From contig DAOSAR010000001.1 in the NCBI GenBank assembly GCA_035360455.1, forward strand, positions 3,328-67,327: 64,000 nt of DNA, in the 5' to 3' direction. Each line of letters opens with the position of its first letter. The stretch's first letter is position 1. Source of the stretch: Candidatus Pacearchaeota archaeon. GTDB taxonomy: Bacteria; Patescibacteriota; Minisyncoccia; Minisyncoccales; GCA-002788555. This document shows, piece after piece, positions 43,105 through 51,707 of the stretch. The notes beneath the pieces were generated by a model that was given only the letters and a program-made list of their open reading frames with translations, had not been told where the DNA came from and made no database searches. Made by a program: the position numbers and the translations under genes.

Positions 43105-43310
43105 GTGTCTTTAAGGGATGCTCAAAGAAAGCAAAGCTTTCTTTTCGCCGAATTCACAAAGTGAATTCGAGCTCGAAACCAAAACTGATTGAAGGTATGG
43201 AATTCTTTCCATGTTTTGGTTCCAGGAAGATAGGAACGTAGTGACGTAAGAAACCAAAATTTTATGAAATAAAATTGTTGGTGTCTTAAGGGAGGTCTGG
43301 AACCAAAACT
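43105..43310. repeat. Composite hairpin-module element, locus 2
   Basis: CTGGAACCAAAAC at 43297..43309 overlaps the secY stop. Its partner GTTTTGGTTCCAG is at 43213..43225, with a third arm at 43175..43185. Collinear with 37497..37692. Confidence 0.85.
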
Positions 43311-44583
43311 ATTCGTACTCTCTCATTTCAAGCTGACTTTGAATCTGTTTTGAAGTCTCAAGAACAACCGAAACAATAATTAAAAGAGATGTTCCTCCAA
43401 TAGCAAAACTGAAAGAAGTAATGCCAGTAATGCCTTGAATTATTGATGGCATTACTGCAATTAATCCTAAAAAAACAGCTCCAACTAATAAAACTCTGTT
43501 TAAAATAGTGCGTAAAAAATCAGCGGTTTGTTTTCCAGGTCGAAGACCAGGGACAAATCCTCCCATTTTTTGAAGATTTTCAGCAATATTTTCAGGGTCA
43601 AAAGTAACAGCTGTATAGAAATAAGTAAAAAGGACAACTAAAATAAAATAGCAAATGCCATAAATCCAAGAATTTTTAAAAATATTATTAAGAAAATTAG
43701 CAAGAGTAGAAAGCCAATTAACGGAAGAGTCAGCAAAAACAGAACCAAACATACCAGGAAGCATCATAATTGAAAGAGCAAATATAATTGGAATTACTCC
43801 AGCGGGATTAATCATCATTGGAAGATAGGTCTGAACACCTCCATACATTTTATTTCCGCGAACGCGCTTAGCATAAGAAACAGGAACATTGCGACGAGCC
43901 TGGGTAACTATTACCACGCCAATAGTAATTAAGATTGCGGCGATAAAAAACAAAACATAAGAAGGGAGCTGAGAAGGATCCCAGGTTAAAATAATTTGCC
44001 TTATTGAGGAAGGAACACCAGAAATTATACCAGCAAAAATTAAAAGAGAAATTCCATTACCAATGCCTTTCTCAGTAATTAATTCCCCAATCCACATCAA
44101 AAAAACAGAACCAGCCGTTACAGTAATAATGGAAACAATAAGGTTAAGTCCGGTCACTTCTCCAAAAACACCTTGCTTTTGAAGAAGGCGAAGCATAGCA
44201 AATGATTGAATAGCAGCTAAAGGAACGGTTAAAATTCTTGCATATTGATTAAATTTTCTTCTACCCTGTTCTCCTGATTCTTGATACATTTCTTTTAAAT
44301 TTGGAAAAATCAAAGTTAGAAGCTGCATAATAATTGTACCTGTAATATAAGGACCTAATCCAAGCATTACAATTGAAAGATTCTCTAAAGCACCACCAGT
44401 AAAAACATTCATTAAACCAAAAAATTGATTAGTCTGAAAAAATTCTATTAGCTTCGATCTATCAATTCCAGGAATAGGAATATTAGCAGCTATTCGAAAA
44501 ACTACCATCATTGCTACAACAAAAAGAATTTTATTCCGAAGATCCCGGCTTTTAAAAATAGCAGTAAATTTACTAAAATCCAT
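43309..44583 (-). CDS. secY: Preprotein translocase subunit SecY
   Basis: 424 aa, 10 TM, GLGPYITGTIIMQLL, GISLLIFAGI. Confidence 0.93.
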   Translation of the reverse strand: MDFSKFTAIFKSRDLRNKILFVVAMMVVFRIAANIPIPGIDRSKLIEFFQTNQFFGLMNVFTGGALENLSIVMLGLGPYITGTIIMQLLTLIFPNLKEMYQESGEQGRRKFNQYARILTVPLAAIQSFAMLRLLQKQGVFGEVTGLNLIVSIITVTAGSVFLMWIGELITEKGIGNGISLLIFAGIISGVPSSIRQIILTWDPSQLPSYVLFFIAAILITIGVVIVTQARRNVPVSYAKRVRGNKMYGGVQTYLPMMINPAGVIPIIFALSIMMLPGMFGSVFADSSVNWLSTLANFLNNIFKNSWIYGICYFILVVLFTYFYTAVTFDPENIAENLQKMGGFVPGLRPGKQTADFLRTILNRVLLVGAVFLGLIAVMPSIIQGITGITSFSFAIGGTSLLIIVSVVLETSKQIQSQLEMREYE

Positions 44584-44592
44584 ATTTACAAT

Positions 44593-44772
44593 TTATCCCC
44601 TCTTTTTGGGAATTTTTTTAATAAAATCTCGAATCTCTGGTCTAATTTTAGCACCAGCTCTCGAAGTTTGTCCTTTTATTCCTTTGCCACTATAAGTTCC
44701 TCTTTTCCCTCCCCGACCAATGCGTTTTTTATCCTTGGGCTTATGAGTAGGTTGAATTTGATGAAGTTGCAT
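44593..44772 (-). CDS. rplO: Ribosomal protein L15, N-terminal extension only (59 aa)
   Basis: Below the track cutoff. Own translation: MQLHQIQPTHKPKDKKRIGRGGKRGTYSGKGIKGQTSRAGAKIRPEIRDFIKKIPKKRG*. Matches L15 up to the RRLPKRGF region and then stops 9 nt before secY. Confidence 0.75.
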   Translation of the reverse strand: MQLHQIQPTHKPKDKKRIGRGGKRGTYSGKGIKGQTSRAGAKIRPEIRDFIKKIPKKRG

Positions 44773-44781
44773 ATTTTAAAT

Positions 44782-45222
44782 TTAAACTTGTAAGCTTTGA
44801 AGAGCTTTTATAGTTGCTCTTGCAATATTAATTTTATTATTAGTTTTTGAAAGTAATTTACCGGTAATATTAGGTATCCCTGCTAATTCGCAAATTGATC
44901 TCATTGCTCCTCCGGCAATGATTCCTCTGCCTTTTTTTTGAGGACGAAGTAAAACTTTTGCTGATTTATATTTTTTTTCAACTTCAAAAGGAATAGTTTC
45001 ATTTTTAATTGGAACCTCAATTAAATTTTTCTTTGCTTGGCGAGTTGCCTTTTCAATAGCTTCACTTACATCTTTACCCTTTGCTACTCCAACTCCTATT
45101 TTTCCATTTCGATTTCCAACTATTATTGTTGCTCTAAAACGAAGCCTTTTTCCTCCGGCTGTAACTCGAGTAACTCTTGCAAGATCTAAAAGTTGTGATT
45201 CAAATTCATCTTTTTTTTGCAT
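44782..45222 (-). CDS. rpsE: Ribosomal protein S5
   Basis: RVTRVTAGGKRLRFRATIIVGNRNGKIGVGVAKGKDV. Operon position. Confidence 0.92.
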   Translation of the reverse strand: MQKKDEFESQLLDLARVTRVTAGGKRLRFRATIIVGNRNGKIGVGVAKGKDVSEAIEKATRQAKKNLIEVPIKNETIPFEVEKKYKSAKVLLRPQKKGRGIIAGGAMRSICELAGIPNITGKLLSKTNNKINIARATIKALQSLQV

Positions 45223-45258
45223 AAATTTATATCAAATTAGTTGTAAGTTATTATAAAA

Positions 45259-45615
45259 TTAGAACTCTAATCCTCCTTCTCGTGCTCCATCAGCAAGCGC
45301 TTTAACTTTTCCATGATATTGATATCCTCCTCTATCAAAAACTACTTTTTTAATACCTTTTTCTTTTGCTTTCTCTGCGATCAATTTTCCTACTTCAAAA
45401 GCTACTTTAGTCTTAGTAGTTTTTCTCTCGTTTTTTGTTTTTAATCCTAAGTCATTTGCTGCTGCTAAGGTTTCTCCTTTCTCATCATCAATTATTTGAC
45501 AATAAATATGAGAATTTGAATGAAAAACTGAAAGGCGAGGACAAGAACTAGTTCCCTTAACCTTGCTTCTAATACGCTTATGACGTCTAATTTTTTTTTC
45601 TTTTTTTGGCAACAT
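45259..45615 (-). CDS. rplR: Ribosomal protein L18
   Basis: [35 protein letters not shown]...[26 protein letters not shown]. Confidence 0.93.
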   Translation of the reverse strand: MLPKKEKKIRRHKRIRSKVKGTSSCPRLSVFHSNSHIYCQIIDDEKGETLAAANDLGLKTKNERKTTKTKVAFEVGKLIAEKAKEKGIKKVVFDRGGYQYHGKVKALADGAREGGLEF

Positions 45616-45626
45616 ATTTTTATATT

Positions 45627-46175
45627 TTATTTTTCAACAGCAGCTGCTTTTTTACCTGCTTTTTTCCTTATCACTTCGTTAATATAACGAATACCTTTGC
45701 CCTTGTATGGTTCTGGAGGTTTAACTCCTCTAATTTTTGCAGCAATATTTCCTACTTTTTCTTTATCAATGCCACTAATTTTTATTATATTTTTTTCAAT
45801 AGAAAGTTTTATTCCTTCAGGAGGAGAAATTTCAACTAAATGAGAAAATCCCACCTTTAAAACTAACTTTTCACCTTTTATCTCGCCCCTCCATCCTACT
45901 CCCTCAATCTTTAATTCTTCTTCAAACCCTTTATTTACTCCTTCTATAGCATTTTTTATACATCTTTGCCATGTGCCCCACAAAGCTTTCTTTTTTTTAT
46001 CTCTACTCCCTTTAAACTTAACTGAGATTTGATTTCCTTCTTTTTCAATAGAAATTTCTGGGGGAAAAGTTTTTATTAGTTTCCCTTTCGGTCCCTCAAT
46101 TGAAATTTCATTTCCTTTTATTTCAATATTCACTCCTTCTGGAATTTGAATTGGTTGTTTGCCGATTTTAGACAT
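45627..46175 (-). CDS. rplF: Ribosomal protein L6
   Basis: Start moved to [15 protein letters not shown] (46175). The 22 codons upstream in the track are spacer read-through. Confidence 0.9.
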   Translation of the reverse strand: MSKIGKQPIQIPEGVNIEIKGNEISIEGPKGKLIKTFPPEISIEKEGNQISVKFKGSRDKKKKALWGTWQRCIKNAIEGVNKGFEEELKIEGVGWRGEIKGEKLVLKVGFSHLVEISPPEGIKLSIEKNIIKISGIDKEKVGNIAAKIRGVKPPEPYKGKGIRYINEVIRKKAGKKAAAVEK

Positions 46176-46286
46176 AAATATAATCTCAAATCTTAAAAAA
46201 ATTCCAAGCACCAAAATCAAATAGTTTAGAATTTTGGTCATTAGAATTTAGGATTTCATTGGAATTTGGATGTTGAAAATTGGTCA

Positions 46287-46859
46287 TTAAAATTCTTCCT
46301 TTTCCCACAACATCATTATTGCTCCATTATATTCGAAAATTTCACAATTTTCAAAAATTTCATCTAATATTTTTTTGATTTCTTCTTTGCGAAAAGGCTT
46401 ACCTAATTCAAGAATGTTTGAAATATTTAATTTTGAATTATCTCCTTCTTTTTTTAATGGTTCTCTTAAAAAGAAATATTGAAAATTATTTTTAATTCTT
46501 TTTAAAACTTCTTTTGGATTTTTTAAATGGTGTAGAACTCCCCACATTACTGCAAGTTCTCCATTTGGCATTTCTTCTTCTAAATTCATAACTTTTGCAT
46601 TAATACCCCTCTTTCTTGCTTTTTTTATTAAACTTTCTTCTATATCGCAAGCAAAAACCTTTTTTGGTTGAAAAATTTCTGTAAGCAAAATTGTCACCTT
46701 TCCATCTCCACACCCCAAATCATACATTTCTCGTTTTCTAAAATCTTCTGGCAAAATTTTTTTTAAAAAGGTTAATTGATCTTTGATATGAGAACCAATA
46801 ATAATATTATTACCAAAAGGGGTATAAAGAAATTTTTCAAGATTGTTCATAAATTTCAA
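46287..46859 (-). CDS. Class I SAM-dependent methyltransferase inserted between rpsH and rplF
   Basis: MYDLGCGDGKVT (motif I), FACDIEE (post-I), AVMWGVLHHL (motif II). Confidence 0.7.
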   Translation of the reverse strand: MKFMNNLEKFLYTPFGNNIIIGSHIKDQLTFLKKILPEDFRKREMYDLGCGDGKVTILLTEIFQPKKVFACDIEESLIKKARKRGINAKVMNLEEEMPNGELAVMWGVLHHLKNPKEVLKRIKNNFQYFFLREPLKKEGDNSKLNISNILELGKPFRKEEIKKILDEIFENCEIFEYNGAIMMLWEKEEF

Positions 46860-46991
46860 TCTACGATGTAGCTTACGTCACCTTTTTCAAATCTACGAAT
46901 TTATCCAAATACCACGAATATATTCGAATGTGCGTTTTTGGATAAAGTAAGGCCTGAGTTTATCGAAGAACGAGCTCAGGCTTTTCAAATA
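46860..46991. repeat. Spacer with ACGAAT words and a GC-richer hairpin module
   Basis: ctacgatgtagCTTACGTCACc (shares CTTACGTCAC with 43237..43246), tacgaattt, cgaatatattcgaat, hairpin GCCTGAG-N16-CTCAGGC. Confidence 0.6.
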
Positions 46992-47387
46992 CTACCATAT
47001 CTCACACAATGCTTCTCCTCCTACATTTAATTTTTTGGCTTCCTTCGATGTTAAAAGTCCTTTTGGAGTAGAAACAATTAATATTCCGTAACTATTTTTG
47101 GGGAAATAAAGTTCTTTACTTTTAAAGTAAAGCCTTCTTCCTGGCTTTGAAATTTTTTTTACATCATGAACTTTTGATTCGCCATTCTCATATTTCAGCC
47201 TAATCACAATTCTTTTTTGAGGACTGTCAAGGGAAGCTGTTCTTTTTTTTACTGTTTCAATAAAACCTTCTTTTGCTAAAATTTTTGCTAATTGATAATT
47301 AATTTCTGAATAAGGAAAACTAACTGTTTTTTTATGAGCAGCTCCAGCATTTTTGATTTTTATTAACATTTCTGAAATTGGATCCAT
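46992..47387 (-). CDS. rpsH: Ribosomal protein S8
   Basis: DPISEMLIKIKNAGAAHKKTV...GGEALCEIW. Confidence 0.93.
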   Translation of the reverse strand: MDPISEMLIKIKNAGAAHKKTVSFPYSEINYQLAKILAKEGFIETVKKRTASLDSPQKRIVIRLKYENGESKVHDVKKISKPGRRLYFKSKELYFPKNSYGILIVSTPKGLLTSKEAKKLNVGGEALCEIW

Positions 47388-47579
47388 AGTGATAATACAA
47401 AGTTAGTCGCTCACCCTCTTCCAGAACTTTGTTCTGGCGCTCGGCTTTACCTCGCTTCGGGCTCGCTCTTAAGAAACCCTCGGTTTCTTACGTCGCTTCG
47501 CTCCTATTTTCCTATGTGGGGAAACCGGAGGGTTTCCCCAGTCCCTTTCCGATAGGGGACGCTTTTCTTACTTTCTTCT
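47388..47579. repeat. GC-richer hairpin-module spacer between S14 and S8 (related to the composite element, opposite orientation)
   Basis: CCAGAAC-ttt-GTTCTGG; AAGAAACC-ctc-GGTTTCTT followed by ACGTCGCTTCGCTCCTATTTTCCT (compare TTTCTTACGTCGCTACGCTCCTATCTTTCT on the other strand at 37630..37650); GGGGAAACC-ggag-GGTTTCCCC. Confidence 0.75.
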
Positions 47580-47765
47580 TTACCAAGATGATTTTTTTAC
47601 TCCTGGCAACAACCCTTTGTTAGCTAACTCACGAAAACAAATTCGGCAAAGACCAAAATCTCGCATATAACCTCTTCTTCTACCACAACGCCAACATCGT
47701 CTTACTTTCCGTGTTGAAAATTTTGGTTTTTTTTGACTTTTAATAACTTGACATTTTTTGGCCAT
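47580..47765 (-). CDS. rpsN: Ribosomal protein S14, zinc-binding type Z (61 aa)
   Basis: [23 protein letters not shown]. Confidence 0.93.
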   Translation of the reverse strand: MAKKCQVIKSQKKPKFSTRKVRRCWRCGRRRGYMRDFGLCRICFRELANKGLLPGVKKSSW

Positions 47766-47831
47766 AATATTTTTTGAAAAAGAAACTCTAAACTCAAAAC
47801 CTTAAACCCTAAAAATTTTTCAACTTTAAAC

Positions 47832-48419
47832 TTATTTAGAATTTAGAGTTTTAAATTTAGGATTTTCCACTTTTAGTGGAAACCCTAAGAGTTTATACAA
47901 TTCTATTGCTTCTTCTCTGCTTTTTGCATCTGTAACTATTGTTATTTCTAAGCCAAAAATTATTTTAGCTTTTTCTGGTTTTATCTCTGGAAAAACTATA
48001 TGCTCTTTTATTCCTATTGTCAAATTACCTCCCTTGTCAATGCAATCTTGAGAAATTCCTTGAAAATCACGTGAGCGAGGAAGAGCAAAATTTAATAATC
48101 TTTCTAAAAAATCATACATTCGCTTCCTTCTTAGGGTTACTTTTAGTCCCACTGACGAACCTTTTCTAATTTTAAATCCAGAAATTGCTTTTTTTGCTTT
48201 GGTAATAATTGGCTTTTGACCACAAATTAAGGCAAGGTCAGAAGATATGCTTTCCAAAAGATTTTCTCTTTTTGAAGGGTCAACGCTTTCCAAAACTTTC
48301 CCAACACCAACATTCACTACCACTTTTGTAATTTTTGGCACAGCCATAACGCTTTTATAACCAAATTTTTCTTTCATTTCGGGAATAACTTCTTTTTTAT
48401 ATTTTTCTTGTAATTGCAT
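47832..48419 (-). CDS. rplE: Ribosomal protein L5
   Basis: Start taken at MQLQEKYKKEVIPEMKEKFGY. The C-terminal 12 aa (VENPKFKTLNSK) are encoded by spacer-type TTTAGA(A/G)TT words. Confidence 0.9.
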   Translation of the reverse strand: MQLQEKYKKEVIPEMKEKFGYKSVMAVPKITKVVVNVGVGKVLESVDPSKRENLLESISSDLALICGQKPIITKAKKAISGFKIRKGSSVGLKVTLRRKRMYDFLERLLNFALPRSRDFQGISQDCIDKGGNLTIGIKEHIVFPEIKPEKAKIIFGLEITIVTDAKSREEAIELYKLLGFPLKVENPKFKTLNSK

Positions 48420-48485
48420 AACCATCAACGAATTACTAATCTCTTACTAATGTACGAACATACGAATTCGTAATTCGTAAATTAT

Positions 48486-48791
48486 TTAAATTTCTTGTCC
48501 GCATTTTTTGCAAATTCTATATTTTTTTTCTCTTGTGATTTTATATCCTACCCTTGTTGCTTTTCCACATTTTGGACAAATCAATTTAACGTTGGAAATA
48601 TTAATGGGAGCAGGAATTTCAACAACCTGACCTTTTTCTCCTTCTTTTTTGGGCCGAACATGTTTTTTATGAAGGTTAATTCCTTCAATAATAACCTTGC
48701 CTTCTTTGGGAAGAGCTTTTGCAATTTTCCCTTTTCTTCCTCGGTCTTTTCCAGTGGTTACTAATACTTGATCACCTTTTTTAATTTTCAT
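48486..48791 (-). CDS. rplX: Ribosomal protein L24 with a C-terminal 4-Cys zinc ribbon
   Basis: MKIKKGDQVLVTTGKDRGRKGKI (KOW)...CPKCGKATRVGYKITREKKYRICKKCG. Confidence 0.92.
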   Translation of the reverse strand: MKIKKGDQVLVTTGKDRGRKGKIAKALPKEGKVIIEGINLHKKHVRPKKEGEKGQVVEIPAPINISNVKLICPKCGKATRVGYKITREKKYRICKKCGQEI

Positions 48792-48849
48792 GTATTTTAT
48801 AAACGTAGATTTATGCGGATAAATCCGCGCTAATCAATGCTTATAATGG

Positions 48850-49221
48850 TTATACTATATTTTTTGACATTGTCACGATTCTACTAAATCCTTTATCTTT
48901 TAAACAACGAGGAATAGGACCTAAGATTCTTGTTCCTTTTGGATTTTTAGTTTTCCCATCAAGAATAACTGCTGCATTGTCGTCAAATCGTAAATAAATT
49001 CCACTTTTTAATCTAAAAGGTTTTTTTTGACGAACAACAACTGCTCTTACAATATCTTTCTTTTTTACTGTTCGTCGTGGTTCAGCTTCTTGTACTGAAG
49101 CAACAATAATATCACCAATCTGAGCATACCGTCTTTTTGAACCTCCTAAAACTTTAAAACAACGGATTGTTTTTGCTCCAGTATTATCAGCAACTTTTAA
49201 AATGGTACGAGGTTGAATCAT
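48850..49221 (-). CDS. rplN: Ribosomal protein L14
   Basis: Start moved to MIQPRTILKVADNTGAK (49221). The 31 upstream codons in the track are spacer. Confidence 0.93.
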   Translation of the reverse strand: MIQPRTILKVADNTGAKTIRCFKVLGGSKRRYAQIGDIIVASVQEAEPRRTVKKKDIVRAVVVRQKKPFRLKSGIYLRFDDNAAVILDGKTKNPKGTRILGPIPRCLKDKGFSRIVTMSKNIV

Positions 49222-49321
49222 ATTCGCTTCGTTTAAAATCGAATTGCAAATATCAAAAAGAAAAATTAAAAAATTCTTTTTGCATTTTACATTTTCATTT
49301 GCTGAGTTTTTCACTTTAGGT

Positions 49322-49536
49322 GAAAGAACGAAGCGTGAAATGAAACTATTGTTTCATTGAACTGCTTTTTGATGGGCGAAGAGAACTTTGTTCTCTTCTT
49401 GACCTTCGCTTTCGCGTTGCAAAAGTTCGGTAGGCGAAGAGAGCTTTGTTCTCTTCTTCCATCGAGGCTTTAGCTAAGATGTGAAAAGAATGAAATTCTT
49501 TGACCGCTTCGTCTCGCTTCGCTCGACTCAGCTTTT
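49322..49536. repeat. GC-richer hairpin-module spacer between S17 and L14
   Basis: GAAGAGAAC-ttt-GTTCTCTTC (49378..49398), GAAGAGAGC-ttt-GTTCTCTTC (49436..49456). The 30-mer at 49507..49536 is the reverse complement of 58900..58929. Confidence 0.85.
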
Positions 49537-49779
49537 TATTTTTGAATTAACTTTTTCTACTACTTTCCATTTTTTCTCTTTTGAAATTGGTCTTGTCTCT
49601 TCAATAGTAACTTTATCACCTATTTTCAAATTATTATTTTCATTATGGGCTTTATATCTTTTATGGGTTTTATATCGCTTTTTATATTTTTTTTGATATG
49701 CCCACTGCTCAACCTCTACTACAACTGTCTTTTGCATTTTATTTGAAACTACAATTCCTTGTAATTGTTTTTTTGACAT
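49528..49779 (-). CDS. rpsQ: Ribosomal protein S17
   Basis: [21 protein letters not shown]...[19 protein letters not shown]. Confidence 0.92.
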   Translation of the reverse strand: MSKKQLQGIVVSNKMQKTVVVEVEQWAYQKKYKKRYKTHKRYKAHNENNNLKIGDKVTIEETRPISKEKKWKVVEKVNSKIKS

Positions 49780-49818
49780 ATAAGTTTAAATATTAAATCA
49801 CAAATTCCAAATTCCAGA

Positions 49819-50022
49819 TTATTTGTTATTTGGTGCTTGGTGCTTGGGATTTAATACTGTAAGTATCCTTGCAATATCTTTCTTAATTTCTCTTATTTCT
49901 CTAATATTTTTAACTTTCTTTTGAGAAAGATCAAATCTAAGTTGAATCATTTTTTTTCTTTTTTCTTCAAGAAGTTTTTCTAATTCTGCCTTTGATAAAT
50001 TTTTCAATTCTGACATTTTCAT
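49819..50022 (-). CDS. rpmC: Ribosomal protein L29
   Basis: LKNLSKAELEKLLEEKRKKMIQLRF. The C-terminal tail NPKHQAPNNK is encoded by (TTGGTGC)x2. Confidence 0.9.
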   Translation of the reverse strand: MKMSELKNLSKAELEKLLEEKRKKMIQLRFDLSQKKVKNIREIREIKKDIARILTVLNPKHQAPNNK

Positions 50023-50056
50023 ATTTTATTTATATTTATTTAGAAATTAGAAATTT

Positions 50057-50464
50057 TTATTCTGTTTCTACTATTTTGGTTTTGATCGGTAATTTTCGGC
50101 CAGCTTCTTTAAGAGCTTCCACTGCTACTTCTTTTGGGACTCCATCTATTTCAAAAATTATTCTACCAGGTTTTATTGGAAAAACATAGTGATCAACCGC
50201 TCCTTTGCCACCACCCATTCCAACTTCGTTACCTTTAAAGGTTACTGGCTTTTGTGGAAAAATTCTTATCCAAATTTTTCCTTTCCCTTTAAATTCACGT
50301 AAAAGAACTCTTCTTGCGGCTTCAATCTGATTAGCTTTAATCCAACGACTCTCCATTGCTTTTAAACCAAATGTTCCAAAAGCAATTTCAGTTGCTCTTC
50401 TTTCGACTCCTTTAGTACGACCCTTCATCATTTTTCTATATTTTACGCGTTTTGGTTGAAGCAT
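50057..50464 (-). CDS. rplP: Ribosomal protein L16
   Basis: MLQPKRVKYRKMMKGR... Confidence 0.95.
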   Translation of the reverse strand: MLQPKRVKYRKMMKGRTKGVERRATEIAFGTFGLKAMESRWIKANQIEAARRVLLREFKGKGKIWIRIFPQKPVTFKGNEVGMGGGKGAVDHYVFPIKPGRIIFEIDGVPKEVAVEALKEAGRKLPIKTKIVETE

Positions 50465-50532
50465 ATTAGAAATTAAGCGTTAATTGTTCAGCGTTCAAAT
50501 TTAATAAATTTTAACGCTTCACAGACAAAACA

Positions 50533-51162
50533 CTATATTTTTTCTCCTTTATATAACCAAACTTTTATTCCCACAACTCCATAAGTACAATAAGCTCTTG
50601 TTTCTGCATAATCTACATTTGCCCTTATGGTTTGAAGAGGTAATTTACCTTTTTTGAAAGTTTCAGATCGCGCAATCTCTACTCCATCCAATCTTCCTTT
50701 TATTTTTATTTTTATTCCTTCTATTTCTTTTTTTTGCAAAACTCTTTCCATGGATCTTTTGATAGCTCGACGGAAAGGAACTCTTCTTTCGATATCAGCA
50801 GCAATCTGATCAGCAACAATAGTTGCGCTCATTAATGGTTCTTTTACTTCTTCAATATCAATTTTTATTTCTTTTCCTTTTATTATTTCAGCAATTTTCT
50901 TTGAAAGATTTTCAGCGCCTTGACCTCCTTTTCCAATCAAAAAACCTGGCTTTGCTGTTCTTATAGTAATATTTATTTTATTTGCCAATCTTGATATTTT
51001 GACTTTTTCTATTACTCCTCTCTCAAATTCTTTTGCCAAAAAATTTCTAATTTTAATATCTTCTTTTAGATTTTTTTGATATTTTTCATCAGAAAGCCAA
51101 GAAGCATCCCAATCTTCGGTTGAGCCAATTCTAAAAATTTTTGGATGAACTTTATGAGCCAT
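50533..51162 (-). CDS. rpsC: Ribosomal protein S3
   Basis: MAHKVHPKIFRIG..., KH domain GFLIGKGGQGAENL. Confidence 0.95.
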   Translation of the reverse strand: MAHKVHPKIFRIGSTEDWDASWLSDEKYQKNLKEDIKIRNFLAKEFERGVIEKVKISRLANKINITIRTAKPGFLIGKGGQGAENLSKKIAEIIKGKEIKIDIEEVKEPLMSATIVADQIAADIERRVPFRRAIKRSMERVLQKKEIEGIKIKIKGRLDGVEIARSETFKKGKLPLQTIRANVDYAETRAYCTYGVVGIKVWLYKGEKI

Positions 51163-51195
51163 AAAACTTTTTTTTCTTAAAAGAAACTCTAATTT

Positions 51196-51615
51196 CTAAA
51201 CCTTTAAATTTTCAACTTTTTGAGATTTTTTAATTTGTTGTTTAGAGTTTAGATTTTTGGATTTAGAATTTTCTTCTTTTATGTCCAAAACAAGATTTAT
51301 GTGGCTTGTCTTTTTTTGAATCTCATGAGCCGTGCCTCTTGAAACAGGTATCCATCTTTTTAATTTTGGGCCCTCATCAACATTTATTTCTTTAATATAA
51401 AGTTTTTGAATTTGTTCTTCTGTTAAGTTAAAATTTTTTTTAGCATTCGCCACTCCTGAATTTAAAAGCTTTAAAAGCGGTTCAGCTGCTCTTTTTTCTG
51501 TAAATTTAAGAATTGACTGAGCTTTGTTTACTTCCATTCCTCGAATTAAATCAGCTACTAATCTTACTTTTCGAGGAGCTATTCTTAAATAATTTAATGA
51601 TGCTTTTATTTCCAT
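51196..51615 (-). CDS. rplV: Ribosomal protein L22 with a ~27-aa Lys-rich C-terminal extension
   Basis: LRIAPRKVRLVADLIRGM. The tail ...EENSKSKNLNSKQQIKKSQKVENLKV is encoded by TTTAGAGTTTAGATTT-type words. Confidence 0.9.
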   Translation of the reverse strand: MEIKASLNYLRIAPRKVRLVADLIRGMEVNKAQSILKFTEKRAAEPLLKLLNSGVANAKKNFNLTEEQIQKLYIKEINVDEGPKLKRWIPVSRGTAHEIQKKTSHINLVLDIKEENSKSKNLNSKQQIKKSQKVENLKV

Positions 51616-51707
51616 AATTTCTATACAAATTATAAATCCTTTGCTAGGTATACAAAAACATATATAAACATAGTTCGTAAATTCGACATCGATTCGTAAT
51701 TCATTGA

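Noticed and set aside
37313-43310. GTTTTGGTTCCAGACCTCC..TAAGACA looks like a CRISPR repeat (GTTTT start, about 29 nt)
   Set aside because: The copies are mostly inverted, not direct. The sequences between them are conserved between the two loci, so they are not spacers. The repeats diverge after 11-13 nt. No cas genes are adjacent; the only Cas4-like ORF is 20 kb away.
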